A stretch of 63,789 nt of DNA, the filler included, from Anaerolineae bacterium (GTDB lineage Bacteria; Chloroflexota; Anaerolineae; B4-G1; DUEL01), in the NCBI GenBank assembly GCA_041082215.1. It is 5 parts of 5 records of this genome, joined end to end, with 100 filler letters (N's around TTAATTAATTAA, not from the genome) between each part and the next. Parts side by side here need not be neighbours in the genome. Positions count along the whole stretch, not along the records: positions 1 to 2,835 come from JBDOIF010000064.1; positions 2,936 to 21,642 come from JBDOIF010000084.1; 3 more parts are not named here. One strand, given 5' to 3'. This document shows positions 1 through 9,061 of the stretch, one piece after another. The translations under genes and the position numbers were made by a program. The notes under the pieces were generated by a model, which was not told the origin of the DNA, did not search any database, and worked only from the letters and a program-made list of their open reading frames with translations. Position 1 is the first letter of the stretch; the number at the start of each line of letters is the position of its first letter.

Positions 1-612
1 CGGCCGCAGTATGAGGCGGAGAAAGATCCGCCCCAGGAGGAGCTGGCCCGACAGTCCGAAGAGGACCTGCGGCGAGCGATGGAGGAGGCCGGCGAGGAGA
101 TGGCCTACCGGCGGCTGGACGCGCATGTGAACCTGGCCTGGCTTTACTACTACATACGTCGCCATGAGCTGGCGGAAAAAGAGGCCAACGCCGTCGTTGA
201 CTCGGTGCCGCCAGAATACCGCTTCGGGCAGGGCGGGCTGGATTCAGAGCAGTTGCCCCATTCCTTTTACTGGCTCCTCCTGGGAAAAACTTACCTGCTG
301 CTGGGCGAGGTCGCGATGCGGCAGTTCGAGCACGAGGGGCGGAGGGAGCCGGAATACGCTCGGAGGGGAGGCCAGTGCTATACTCTTGCGCTTGCCTACG
401 ATGAGCTGTACGCTGAGGATTTCCGCGACCTGCGACGGGCCCTTTACCGCATCTACATCCGCATCCGGCGGCTGAACGATGAGGAATTCGGATGGTTGCA
501 CGAGGGGATCCGGGAGGCGGTCGGGATTTGCGGGCGAAGCCCCACCCGTATGGACCGCTTCCTTGCCGAGCGGGGGTTCCCGGTGCGGCCGGAGGTGCAG
601 TGGTTGCTGTAA
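1..612 (+). CDS. TPR-like helical repeat protein, C-terminal part (5' truncated by the window edge)
   Basis: Frame is open from position 1; amphipathic helices such as AHVNLAWLYYY and LLGKTYLLLGEVA resemble TPR repeats. Confidence 0.55.
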   Translation, partial: RPQYEAEKDPPQEELARQSEEDLRRAMEEAGEEMAYRRLDAHVNLAWLYYYIRRHELAEKEANAVVDSVPPEYRFGQGGLDSEQLPHSFYWLLLGKTYLLLGEVAMRQFEHEGRREPEYARRGGQCYTLALAYDELYAEDFRDLRRALYRIYIRIRRLNDEEFGWLHEGIREAVGICGRSPTRMDRFLAERGFPVRPEVQWLL

Positions 613-1052
613 TCCGTCCATACCGCAGGCCAGATCGTTGCGGGCTGATGCAGGCGGTGAATGCTGTGTGCGCCGAAGGGATGATGCGCACCGCCCGTTA
701 TGAGCCGACCCCGGCCTGGGAGCACGCGCTGGCCGAGCCGGATTGCCCCTGCCACCTTCTGCTGGTCGCTCTGGACGGGGCTGACGTCGTGGGGTGGTGC
801 CGGCTGTTCCCGGCGGGGGAAGACAGGGAGGTCGAGTTGGGTATCGGCGTTCTGAGCGGCTACCGTCGCCAGGGGGTGGGCAGGGCGCTGCTCTCTGCGG
901 CCCTCGAATGGGCGGACAGGAGAAAGGCCGACGTGGTGCTCCAGACCCGATCAGACAATCTCCCTGCCGTTCGGCTTTTTGGGCAAAAGGGCTTCCGCAC
1001 CGTGCATCGAGAGGGTGGACTCCTGACCATGTACCATTCCTCTGATCCGTGA
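600..1052 (+). CDS. GNAT family N-acetyltransferase
   Basis: GGAGG RBS at 591-595 before GTG600; acetyl-CoA motif VLSGYRRQGVGRALL; NLPAVRLF..KGF. Confidence 0.85.
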   Translation: MVAVIRPYRRPDRCGLMQAVNAVCAEGMMRTARYEPTPAWEHALAEPDCPCHLLLVALDGADVVGWCRLFPAGEDREVELGIGVLSGYRRQGVGRALLSAALEWADRRKADVVLQTRSDNLPAVRLFGQKGFRTVHREGGLLTMYHSSDP

Positions 1053-2392
1053 ACAAGAGAGGGAGAGTAATCGTGAGAGATAGACCAATGCCTTTCCCAC
1101 AGGTTTTTTGGGATCCAGCACACGGAGAAAGGGTAGAACAGGATTGTGCCTGCGCGGCGGATGAGCCGATTGCCTGGTATGCTGGTGCAGGGGAGGAAGT
1201 GGCAGGGGAGACGGACTGCGCCTGCGCCGGGGTTGGCGAGACTTCAGTTCGTCAACTGGCCGCCCCGGTTCTCCTCCTCGCCTCAGCCCGCCCAGCGGAG
1301 TACGCAGTACGCAACACGCCCCACACCCTCACCATCTGGCTCCACCTCACCGCCCGCTGCAACCTCCGCTGCGCCTACTGCTACGCCCCCCGGGGCGACG
1401 CCGAAATGTCCCCGGAGGTCGGGCGGGCGGCTGTGGATGGGGCCATTCGCTCCGCGCAGGCCCACGGCTTCGGGGCGCTGAAACTCAAGTACGCCGGCGG
1501 TGAGCCGACCCTCAACCTTCGCACCCTCCGCGCCGTCCATCAGTACGCCCGGGCACGCGCTGTCCAGCTCGGCCTGGAACTGCGGGAAGTGGTCCTCACC
1601 AACGGCACGGCCCTCACTCCGGCGCTCCTGGCCTGGCTGCGGGAGGAGTCCATCCGGCTGGCCGTTTCCCTGGACGGCATCGGCCCGGCTCACGACCGGC
1701 AGCGGATGGAGGAGGGGGGCGCCAGCACATTCGCCCTCGTCGCCAAGGGGGTGGATCGGGCGCTGGCTATGGGCCTTACCCCTCACCTCTCGATCACCGT
1801 CACCGCCCGCAATGTGGACAGCCTGGCCGGGGTGGTGGCCTTCGCGCTGGACCGGGGCCTCCCCTTCAACCTGAATTTCGTCCGCCCTGCCCCCGGCTGC
1901 CCCGACCTGACGCCCACGCCGGGGCGCCTCATCGCTGGCCTGCGGGCCGCCCTGTCTGAGATCGAAGGTCGGCTGCAATCCACAATATGCAATCCGCCAT
2001 CTGCGGTCTCTACCCTGCTCGACCGCTGCGATTTCAGCCTCCCTCATCGCTACCCCTGCGGCGCCGGACACTCCTACCTGGTCGTAAATCCCTATGGGGA
2101 AGTGGCCCGCTGCCATATGGAGCTGGAACGGACAGTGGGCAGCGTCTGGGATGCGGACCCGCTGGCGGCGGTGCAGGCAGATGGAGGGTTCCGTAATCCA
2201 CCGGTGGAGGAAAAAGAAGGTTGCCGGGAGTGTCCCTGGCGGTATGCTTGCGCCGGTGGCTGCCCGCTGCTGGCGCGCCGGAGGGCTGGCGGAGAGGTCC
2301 TTCCATCGCCGTACTGTGAGGTCTACCGCGCGCTGCTTCCAGAACTGGTGCGGCTGGAGGGCCTGCGGCTGCTGAGGGGTTCTGCTTCGTAA
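1049..2392 (+). CDS. Radical SAM/SPASM domain protein with an N-terminal extension carrying two DCACA motifs
   Basis: CNLRCAYC, GGEP, and SPASM cysteines CGAG...RC...CRECPWRYACAGGCP...YC; exact start (1049, 1073 or 1088) uncertain. Confidence 0.92.
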   Translation: MNKRGRVIVRDRPMPFPQVFWDPAHGERVEQDCACAADEPIAWYAGAGEEVAGETDCACAGVGETSVRQLAAPVLLLASARPAEYAVRNTPHTLTIWLHLTARCNLRCAYCYAPRGDAEMSPEVGRAAVDGAIRSAQAHGFGALKLKYAGGEPTLNLRTLRAVHQYARARAVQLGLELREVVLTNGTALTPALLAWLREESIRLAVSLDGIGPAHDRQRMEEGGASTFALVAKGVDRALAMGLTPHLSITVTARNVDSLAGVVAFALDRGLPFNLNFVRPAPGCPDLTPTPGRLIAGLRAALSEIEGRLQSTICNPPSAVSTLLDRCDFSLPHRYPCGAGHSYLVVNPYGEVARCHMELERTVGSVWDADPLAAVQADGGFRNPPVEEKEGCRECPWRYACAGGCPLLARRRAGGEVLPSPYCEVYRALLPELVRLEGLRLLRGSAS

Positions 2393-2415
2393 CCCCGGGC
2401 TGAGGACGGCACTTC

Positions 2416-2450
2416 CAGCGGGGGGAGCGAAAAGCTCCCCCCGCTGTTTG
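2416..2450 (+). terminator. Intrinsic terminator after the radical SAM gene
   Basis: Perfect 13-bp stem CAGCGGGGGGAGC/GCTCCCCCCGCTG, GAAAA loop, followed by TTTG. Confidence 0.75.
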
Positions 2451-2598
2451 TCTGTGAGAGAGATGTGAGATTGAGGTAAGCTGTCTATGTGGGTAAGGTG
2501 GAGATCACTGGTAGGTTGCTGGGGGATAAGACAGGCCATAATCCTGTAAAATGATGGCTGAAGCAAACGGGAGGTCAAGAGGAAAGGAGAACAGTGCG

Positions 2599-2835
2599 AT
2601 GTACTGGGATATGTATGACGAGCGGATCAAGGGATTCGATTACGCCCGAGAGCCTCACCGCCTGCGGGTAATCACTTCGGACCTGGTTGCTCTGGAGGGG
2701 CACCATTCCTGGCATTTTCTGGAGCTGGCCGATGGATGTGGGTGGGTGTGTGACTGCCACACGTACTGGAAAAATTGCGAAATTCCTTACGGTGGGTGGT
2801 GTCGGCACACCATTGCCGTGGAGCGGATACTGAGT
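2599..2835 (+). CDS. Small SWIM-type zinc-finger protein (3' truncated at contig end)
   Basis: AAGGAG RBS; WVCDC-x13-CRH motif. Confidence 0.7.
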
Positions 2836-2935
2836 NNNNNNNNNNNNNNNNNNNNNNNNNNNNNNNNNNNNNNNNNNNNTTAATTAATTAANNNNNNNNN
2901 NNNNNNNNNNNNNNNNNNNNNNNNNNNNNNNNNNN
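2836..2935. other. Artificial contig linker
   Basis: N runs flanking TTAATTAATTAA (stops in all frames). Confidence 0.99.
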
Positions 2936-2936
2936 A

Positions 2937-3011
2937 GCACTGCAATATGCAGCAATGCTGGCAGAAGAGAGCGTCTATAGGCTGGAGATGGCGGATGAGG
3001 TTTCTGGCTGA
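2937..3011 (+). CDS. C-terminal fragment of a DUF433-type antitoxin (5' truncated)
   Basis: Translates ALQYAAMLAEE...; overlaps the start of a DUF5615 PIN gene, the usual pairing. Confidence 0.6.
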   Translation, partial: ALQYAAMLAEESVYRLEMADEVSG

Positions 3012-3366
3012 TATGGGGATATCACCTCAGAGCGTAGGACATTTGCGAAGGATGGAGTATGATGTAGTACATCTGAGTGAAGAAGGGTTGGAGCGGTTGA
3101 CGGATTCACCAATATTGGCTAAAGGGCGTGCTGAAGGGCGGGTGGTTCTGACACACGATCTGGATTTTGGCGAGTTGATAGCGGCAAGCGGCGCGGACCT
3201 GCCTAGCGTGGTGATATTTCGACTGCGCGATATGCGGCCGGAGAGAGTAAATTGGCATTTGGAGGAGATCGTCAGGCGATATGAAGAGCTATTAGAGAGA
3301 GGAGCCATAATGAGCGTGGAGGAAGGCAGTGTACGTGTCCGTTCTTTGCCCATACGGAGAGAATGA
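2995..3366 (+). CDS. DUF5615 / VapC45-like PIN toxin
   Basis: MRFLADMGISP...D..IL...RVVLTHDLDFG...SVVIFRL. Confidence 0.85.
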   Translation: MRFLADMGISPQSVGHLRRMEYDVVHLSEEGLERLTDSPILAKGRAEGRVVLTHDLDFGELIAASGADLPSVVIFRLRDMRPERVNWHLEEIVRRYEELLERGAIMSVEEGSVRVRSLPIRRE

Positions 3367-4910
3367 GTTACTATAATAATATCACCGACGACCTGGACGC
3401 TTTGCTTTCCGTCCTGCCGGAAGACATCCGGGGGGCGCTGGAGCGCATCGGTCGGCGGGACGATCTGCTGGAAGTGATCCTCGACCTGGGCCGCGTTCCC
3501 ACGGCCCGCTTCACCGATGAGGAGGTGGTGCTGCGGGAGACGGAGGTCACCCAGGAGGAGATCCAATATGTGGTGGAGCGGGTGGGGGAGTTCGACGCCG
3601 ACAACAGGGCTGGCATCGCCCGCACCCTCCACCGCATCGCTGCCATCCGTAACCGCAAGGGGGACGTGGTCGGCCTTACCTGCCGGGTGGGCCGCGCTGT
3701 CTACGGCACCATCGCCATCATCCAGGACATTGTCGAGAGCGGCAAGAGCATCCTCCTCGTAGGCCGGCCCGGCGTGGGCAAGACGACGATGCTGCGCGAG
3801 GCGGCCCGTGTTCTGGCGGAGAAAAAGCGGGTCATCGTCGTGGATACCTCCAACGAGATCGGCGGCGACGGGGACATCCCCCATCCCGCCGTCGGCCGCG
3901 CCCGCCGCATGCAGGTGGAAATGCCCTCCCTCCAGCATGAGGTGATGATCGAGGCGGTGGAAAACCATAACCCCGAGGTCATCGTCATAGATGAGATCGG
4001 GCGGGAGCTGGAGGCGCTGGCTGCCCGGACCATCGCCGAGCGCGGCGTGCAGTTGATCGCCACCGCCCACGGCAATACGCTGGATAACCTCCTCCTCAAC
4101 CCCACCCTCTCCGACCTGGTGGGCGGGATCGAGAGCGTGACCCTCTCCGACGAAGAGGCCCGCCGCCGCGGGACGCAGAAGACCATCCTGGAGCGACGCG
4201 CTCCACCCACCTTCGACGTGCTGATCGAGATCCAGGACCGCCAGCGGCTGTTGATCCACCGCAGCGTGGCCGAATCGGTAGATGCCCTGCTGCGCGGCCA
4301 GCCCCTCCAGGCCGAGCTGCGATACCGGGATAAGGAGGGAGAGGTCCACACCGAGCAGGTTGTCCCTCTTTCACTGGAAGAGCGGGAGAGCAGCAGAGAG
4401 GAAGAAAGGGCTTCTTTTCCTCCCCCTGTGGCGGTCGAAACCCTGGCGCCGGTGCGGGTCTACCCCTACGGCGTGGCGCGCAACCGGATGGAGCGGGCCG
4501 CCCGACGGATGCACCTGCCTGTCTATCTGGTGGATGAGCTGGGACAGGCAGAGGTGGTGGTCACCACAAAGAATTTCTACCGTAAGCGGACCCGTACCGT
4601 GGTGGATGCCGAACGGCGGGGGCTGCCCATCTATGTCCTGCGGGCCAATACGGTATCTCAGATGGAGTCGGCCCTGAGCGACCTGTTTGAGCTGGAAGGC
4701 CGCCAGCCCGCCGACCAGCTCCATCGGGCGATCCGCGAGGCGGAGGAGGCCATCCGAAAGGTGCTGGAGGGGGCATCCGAGGTCGAACTTTCTCCCCAGG
4801 ACGCCTATATCCGCCGCCGCCAGCACGAAATGGCCCGCGCGGCCAACCTGAGCTCCTATTCGGTCGGAGAGGAGCCCAACCGACGGGTGCGGATCTGCCG
4901 GGAGGGTTGA
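3363..4910 (+). CDS. Ycf45/SpoIIIAA-like AAA ATPase with C-terminal R3H domain
   Basis: Walker A GRPGVGKTT, VDTSNEIGGDG, VIDEIG, ATAHG; C-terminal RRRQH. Confidence 0.9.
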   Translation: MSYYNNITDDLDALLSVLPEDIRGALERIGRRDDLLEVILDLGRVPTARFTDEEVVLRETEVTQEEIQYVVERVGEFDADNRAGIARTLHRIAAIRNRKGDVVGLTCRVGRAVYGTIAIIQDIVESGKSILLVGRPGVGKTTMLREAARVLAEKKRVIVVDTSNEIGGDGDIPHPAVGRARRMQVEMPSLQHEVMIEAVENHNPEVIVIDEIGRELEALAARTIAERGVQLIATAHGNTLDNLLLNPTLSDLVGGIESVTLSDEEARRRGTQKTILERRAPPTFDVLIEIQDRQRLLIHRSVAESVDALLRGQPLQAELRYRDKEGEVHTEQVVPLSLEERESSREEERASFPPPVAVETLAPVRVYPYGVARNRMERAARRMHLPVYLVDELGQAEVVVTTKNFYRKRTRTVVDAERRGLPIYVLRANTVSQMESALSDLFELEGRQPADQLHRAIREAEEAIRKVLEGASEVELSPQDAYIRRRQHEMARAANLSSYSVGEEPNRRVRICREG

Positions 4911-4916
4911 CCCGCC

Positions 4917-5555
4917 GTGTTCATCACCCTGGAAGGCCCCGAGGGCAGCGGCAAAACCACCCAGGCCCATCTCCTGGCCGGGTATCTGCTTCGGGAAGGA
5001 TATGAAGTTGTCCTTGCCCGTGAGCCGGGAGGAACGCCGATCGGAGATCAGATCCGGGCTGTCCTCCACGATCCGGCCAACAGGGAGATGGACCCCTGGG
5101 CAGAGGTCTTCCTTTACGCCGCATCCCGTGCCCAACTGGTAGCCCAGGTGATCCGCCCGGCGCTGGCGGCGGGCAGGCTCGTCGTCTGCGACCGGTTCTA
5201 CGACAGCACCCTGGCCTATCAGGGATACGGCCGGGGGCTGAGCCTGGAGACGCTGCGACAGATCACCCGGATCGCCACCCGCGGCCTGGTGCCTGACCTG
5301 ACCCTCTATCTGGACATCCGGCCCGACCAGGGACTCCAGCGCCGCCTGCTCGGTGGAGAGGAATGGAACCGGCTCGACCAGGAAGCCCTTGAGTTTCACC
5401 ACCGGGTCCGGGCCGGCTATCTGGAGCTGGCTTCCCTGGAGCCGCAGCGATGGGTTATCTTAGACGCCTCCCGTCCGATCGAGGAGGTGCATCAGGCGAT
5501 CCAGGCCGCTGTGAAAGCAAGGTTAAATGTCTGTCACCGTCCGTCCGATGTTTAG
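4917..5555 (+). CDS. tmk: Thymidylate kinase
   Basis: FITLEGPEGSGKTTQ, REPGGT, DRFYDSTLAYQG. Confidence 0.97.
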   Translation: MFITLEGPEGSGKTTQAHLLAGYLLREGYEVVLAREPGGTPIGDQIRAVLHDPANREMDPWAEVFLYAASRAQLVAQVIRPALAAGRLVVCDRFYDSTLAYQGYGRGLSLETLRQITRIATRGLVPDLTLYLDIRPDQGLQRRLLGGEEWNRLDQEALEFHHRVRAGYLELASLEPQRWVILDASRPIEEVHQAIQAAVKARLNVCHRPSDV

Positions 5556-5575
5556 AAACCTGCCGCCCGCGCGGT

Positions 5576-5977
5576 TCAGTCCTCCAGCTCCCCTCCGACG
5601 CTTTCACCCCCCTCGCCCAGCAGGTCCGGCATCTCCTTTTCGATCTCCTCGGGGCTTTGCCCGGCTTCCAGCCGATCCACCACCTCCTCAAACTCCGGCC
5701 CCAGTTCCTCCCCCACCTCGTCGGCCATCTTCCGCATCAACCGCGCCATCGAGCGGGGATCGTTCTCGTCAAAGTCGGAGAGGAAGGAAGGATCGGACAG
5801 GTCCTCCAGGCGGCTCTCCTCAGAACGGACCACCCGCACACGGGAGACGAGCCGCACCAGGTTTCTGCCGCCGCAACGGGGGCAGACCGGCGCCGCTGTC
5901 TCCGCTTCGGCAAAGGTGCGCCAGAGGATCGAGACCCGACGTCGGCAGTCCTGACAGCGGTATTCGTAGATGGGCAT
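5576..5977 (-). CDS. FmdB family zinc-ribbon protein
   Basis: MPIYEYRCQDC...CPRCGG. Confidence 0.88.
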   Translation of the reverse strand: MPIYEYRCQDCRRRVSILWRTFAEAETAAPVCPRCGGRNLVRLVSRVRVVRSEESRLEDLSDPSFLSDFDENDPRSMARLMRKMADEVGEELGPEFEEVVDRLEAGQSPEEIEKEMPDLLGEGGESVGGELED

Positions 5978-5987
5978 AAAGACCTCC

Positions 5988-6035
5988 GTTGGGTGGTTGG
6001 GTGATTGGGTAATTGGGTGACTGGGTGACTGGGTT
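5988..6035. repeat. Intergenic degenerate 8-bp tandem repeat (TGGGTGAY-like, about 5 units)
   Basis: ttgggtgg ttgggtga ttgggtaa ttgggtga ctgggtga ctgggtt. Confidence 0.8.
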
Positions 6036-6085
6036 CATAAAAAGTATACCAACCTGTTGTCATAGCGCAAGTGGGGACGTGAAGC

Positions 6086-6706
6086 GTGGAGAAGCGAGAG
6101 CTGTACAGTTTTCAGACCTATCCCCTGCTGATCGTGGTCTCCGGACCGGCAGGGGTGGGTAAGGACTCCCTGCTGCGACGGATGAAGGAGCTGGGATACC
6201 CCCTCCACTTCGTCGTCACCGCCACCGACCGACCGCCCCGCCCGGGGGAGGTCAATGGAGTGGACTATTTCTTCCTCTCCACAGAGGAGTTCCTGCGGAT
6301 GGAACGGGAGGGAGAGCTGCTGGAACATGCGGAAGTGTACGGGCAGCACAAGGGGATCCCTAAAAGGCAGGTGAAAGAGGCCCTGGCCGCCGGCAGGGAT
6401 GTGATTATGCGGGTGGATGTGCAGGGAGCAGCGACGGTCCGCCAGATTGCGCCGGAGGCAGTGCTCATTTTCCTGACCGCCTCCTGCGAAGAAGAGCTGG
6501 AGGCCCGTCTCCGGCGCCGGGCCGCTGACCCGCCCGACCAGATGGCGCTCCGCCTGAGCAAGGCCCGCGAAGAGATGGCGCGGATCGGTGAGTTCGACTA
6601 CGTGGTTGTCAACCGGGAAGGAGAACTGGACCAGGCCGTGGCCCGGGTGGCGGCGATCATCGAAGCGGAACACTGCCGTGTGCGGCCCCGCGTCGTCCGC
6701 CTCTGA
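6086..6706 (+). CDS. gmk: Guanylate kinase
   Basis: SGPAGVGKDS, TATDRPPRPGEVNGVDYFF. Confidence 0.96.
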   Translation: MEKRELYSFQTYPLLIVVSGPAGVGKDSLLRRMKELGYPLHFVVTATDRPPRPGEVNGVDYFFLSTEEFLRMEREGELLEHAEVYGQHKGIPKRQVKEALAAGRDVIMRVDVQGAATVRQIAPEAVLIFLTASCEEELEARLRRRAADPPDQMALRLSKAREEMARIGEFDYVVVNREGELDQAVARVAAIIEAEHCRVRPRVVRL

Positions 6707-6730
6707 TCTGCTGGAAGGGTGTGAATATAG

Positions 6731-7492
6731 ATGTTGAACGACGAGTCCAACTCTGAAAGGCTCTGGCCTTCTCCTCCTCCATCCATCCCCCTGCAGGTAC
6801 GGGTTCCTCAGTCTTCCCCGTTCTGGACCTATGCGTTGCTCCTCGTCAATCTTCTGGCTTTCTTCAGCACCTGGCTGGTCGGGCGGGACCTGGTGTTGAT
6901 GCTCGGGGCGAAGGTCAACCGGGCCATCGTCGCCGGGGAGGTCTGGCGCCTGGGGACGGCGATGTTCCTCCATGTGGACATCCTGCACATCGGTTTTAAC
7001 AGCTACGCCCTGCTGATCTTCGGCCCCCAGGTGGAACAGCTCTACGGGCGGTTCCGCTTTCTCCTGATGTATCTCCTGAGCGGGGTAGCGGGCAGTGCGC
7101 TCAGTTTCCTGCTCAGCCCCTACCCATCCGTCGGCGCCTCGGGGGCGATCTTCGGGTTGATCGGTGTGATGGGGGCCTACCTTTACCAGTATCGAAACCG
7201 GCTGGTCGCCGGCCGCAGCCGCCTGGCCAACCTTCTTGCCGTTGCCGTCTATAACCTGATCTACGGCTTCGTTGCCCCCGCGGTGGATAACTGGGGCCAC
7301 GTCGGTGGGCTGCTGGCCGGCCTCGCCCTGGGGTGGTTTCTGGTCCCCCGCTACAGGCTGATCTGGGCCACCCCCGCCGAACCGCCCCGCATGGTGGATC
7401 GAGGTCCCTCCCACCACTGGCTGATCGGCATCGCTCTTGTCGTGCTGGGGATCGGCCTGGCTGTTGTGGGAGGCTTCCTGCGGTGGGGATGA
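6731..7492 (+). CDS. Rhomboid family intramembrane serine protease
   Basis: WRL motif, HIGFN, GASGAIFG, GHVGG. Confidence 0.93.
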   Translation: MLNDESNSERLWPSPPPSIPLQVRVPQSSPFWTYALLLVNLLAFFSTWLVGRDLVLMLGAKVNRAIVAGEVWRLGTAMFLHVDILHIGFNSYALLIFGPQVEQLYGRFRFLLMYLLSGVAGSALSFLLSPYPSVGASGAIFGLIGVMGAYLYQYRNRLVAGRSRLANLLAVAVYNLIYGFVAPAVDNWGHVGGLLAGLALGWFLVPRYRLIWATPAEPPRMVDRGPSHHWLIGIALVVLGIGLAVVGGFLRWG

Positions 7493-8877
7493 TGGAGCAG
7501 CCAGGCTCTTTCTGGACCATTCTGTTCAAAGTTCTGGGGGTGTTCCTGCTTATCGGGCTGAACGGCTTCTTCGTGACGGTGGAGTTCGCCGCCGTCGCCA
7601 GCCGCCGCACCCGGATTGATCAGTTGGCCCAGCAGGGCGGGACCCGCGCCCGCATCGTCCAGCGCTGGGTCCGCTCCCAGGAAAGCAAAGACGCCCTCAT
7701 CGCCGCTGCCCAACTGGGGATCACCATCGCCAGCCTGGCCCTCGGTTACCTGGGTGAGGAGACCTTTCAGTCCATTGTCCAGGTCCTTCTCCACGGCCTT
7801 ATCCTCCCCCCCTCCCTTGCCAGTCTCATCCGGGCGCTCCCTCTGGTCATCTCCCTCACCGTCGTCACTGGCCTCCACGCCGTGCTGGGAGAGCAGGTCC
7901 CCAAAGTGATTACCCTCCGCGCCCCGGAAAGGCTGGCCCTGGCGACCGCCCCGTGGATGGACCTCTTCCAGCGGGTCTTCTATCCCTTCGTCTGGCTGCT
8001 GGACCGGGTGGCGGCCGGCATCCTTGGGCTGCTGGGGATGGAGCCGCTGGGAGGCCATTCCGCCATCTACACTGTGGACGAGCTGCGGCAGATTGTCCGT
8101 GAAAGTGAGGAACAGGGGGTGCTGGAGGAGGAAGAAGAGCAGATGCTCCAGGCGGTGCTCGACCTCCGCGCGCTGCGGGCCTCACAGGTAATGGTCCCCC
8201 GCACGGAGATGGTCTGCGTGCCCGCCGATGCTACCCTCCGGGAGCTGGCGGAACTGGCGGCCCAGACCTCCCTGACGAAGTTCCCCGTCTTCCAGGACAA
8301 CCTGGACCAGATTCTGGGTGTGGTCCACGTCAAGGACCTGGTGCGGCGCGTGCTGGAGCGGGAAGAGCGGGCCACCGCACGAGCGCTGATGCGGGAAGCT
8401 CTCTTCCTCCCGGAAACGGTCTCCGTGGCCGATCTGCTGACAGCTTTCCGCCACGCCCACCAGCATATCGCCATTCTGGTGGATGAGTATGGCGGCACTG
8501 CCGGCCTGGTCACTCTGGAGGACCTGCTGGAAGAGATCGTGGGGGAGGTGCAGGACGCCTTCGATCAGACCAGGCCCTATGTCCAGTGGTTCCCCGACGG
8601 AAGCGCAGTTGTGGAGGGGATGACCCAGATCGAGGAGGTCAACGAGGTCTTCCATCTCTCCCTTGAGGACCCCAACTACACCACTATCGGCGGGCTGGTC
8701 ATGGGGCGGCTGGATCGAGTGCCTGCGGTGGGCGACGAGGTGACGATTGCCGATCAGGGCATCCGCCTCCGGGTCGAGGAGATGGAGGGCCTGCGGGTGG
8801 CCCGGGTCCGCCTCACCCGCTTCCCCTTCCAGATGGAGCGAAATGATAGACCCGGCGATCCGACACATCCAGGTTGA
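7489..8877 (+). CDS. HlyC/CorC (CNNM + CBS + CorC) hemolysin-family protein
   Basis: [53 protein letters not shown] overlap with the rhomboid gene. Confidence 0.93.
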   Translation: MMEQPGSFWTILFKVLGVFLLIGLNGFFVTVEFAAVASRRTRIDQLAQQGGTRARIVQRWVRSQESKDALIAAAQLGITIASLALGYLGEETFQSIVQVLLHGLILPPSLASLIRALPLVISLTVVTGLHAVLGEQVPKVITLRAPERLALATAPWMDLFQRVFYPFVWLLDRVAAGILGLLGMEPLGGHSAIYTVDELRQIVRESEEQGVLEEEEEQMLQAVLDLRALRASQVMVPRTEMVCVPADATLRELAELAAQTSLTKFPVFQDNLDQILGVVHVKDLVRRVLEREERATARALMREALFLPETVSVADLLTAFRHAHQHIAILVDEYGGTAGLVTLEDLLEEIVGEVQDAFDQTRPYVQWFPDGSAVVEGMTQIEEVNEVFHLSLEDPNYTTIGGLVMGRLDRVPAVGDEVTIADQGIRLRVEEMEGLRVARVRLTRFPFQMERNDRPGDPTHPG

Positions 8878-9061
8878 CGACGTTGTCCAGATGCGCAAGC
8901 CCCACCCCTGTGGCGGCTTCGAATGGGTGGTGACCCGGGTGGGAGCCGACATCGGCATCCGCTGCCTCACCTGCGGGCGAAGGGTGATGTTGCCCCGTTC
9001 CCGCTTCGAAAAGCAGGCCAGGCGGGTGGTTGGCCGGTTCAATCATTCGACTCATTCGTGA
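8843..9061 (+). CDS. DUF951 family protein
   Basis: [31 protein letters not shown]. Confidence 0.9.
   Translation: MIDPAIRHIQVDDVVQMRKPHPCGGFEWVVTRVGADIGIRCLTCGRRVMLPRSRFEKQARRVVGRFNHSTHS

Noticed and set aside
2836..2935. TTAATTAATTAA palindrome recurring four times in the window
   Set aside because: Artificial all-frame-stop linker; adjacency across linkers has no biological meaning
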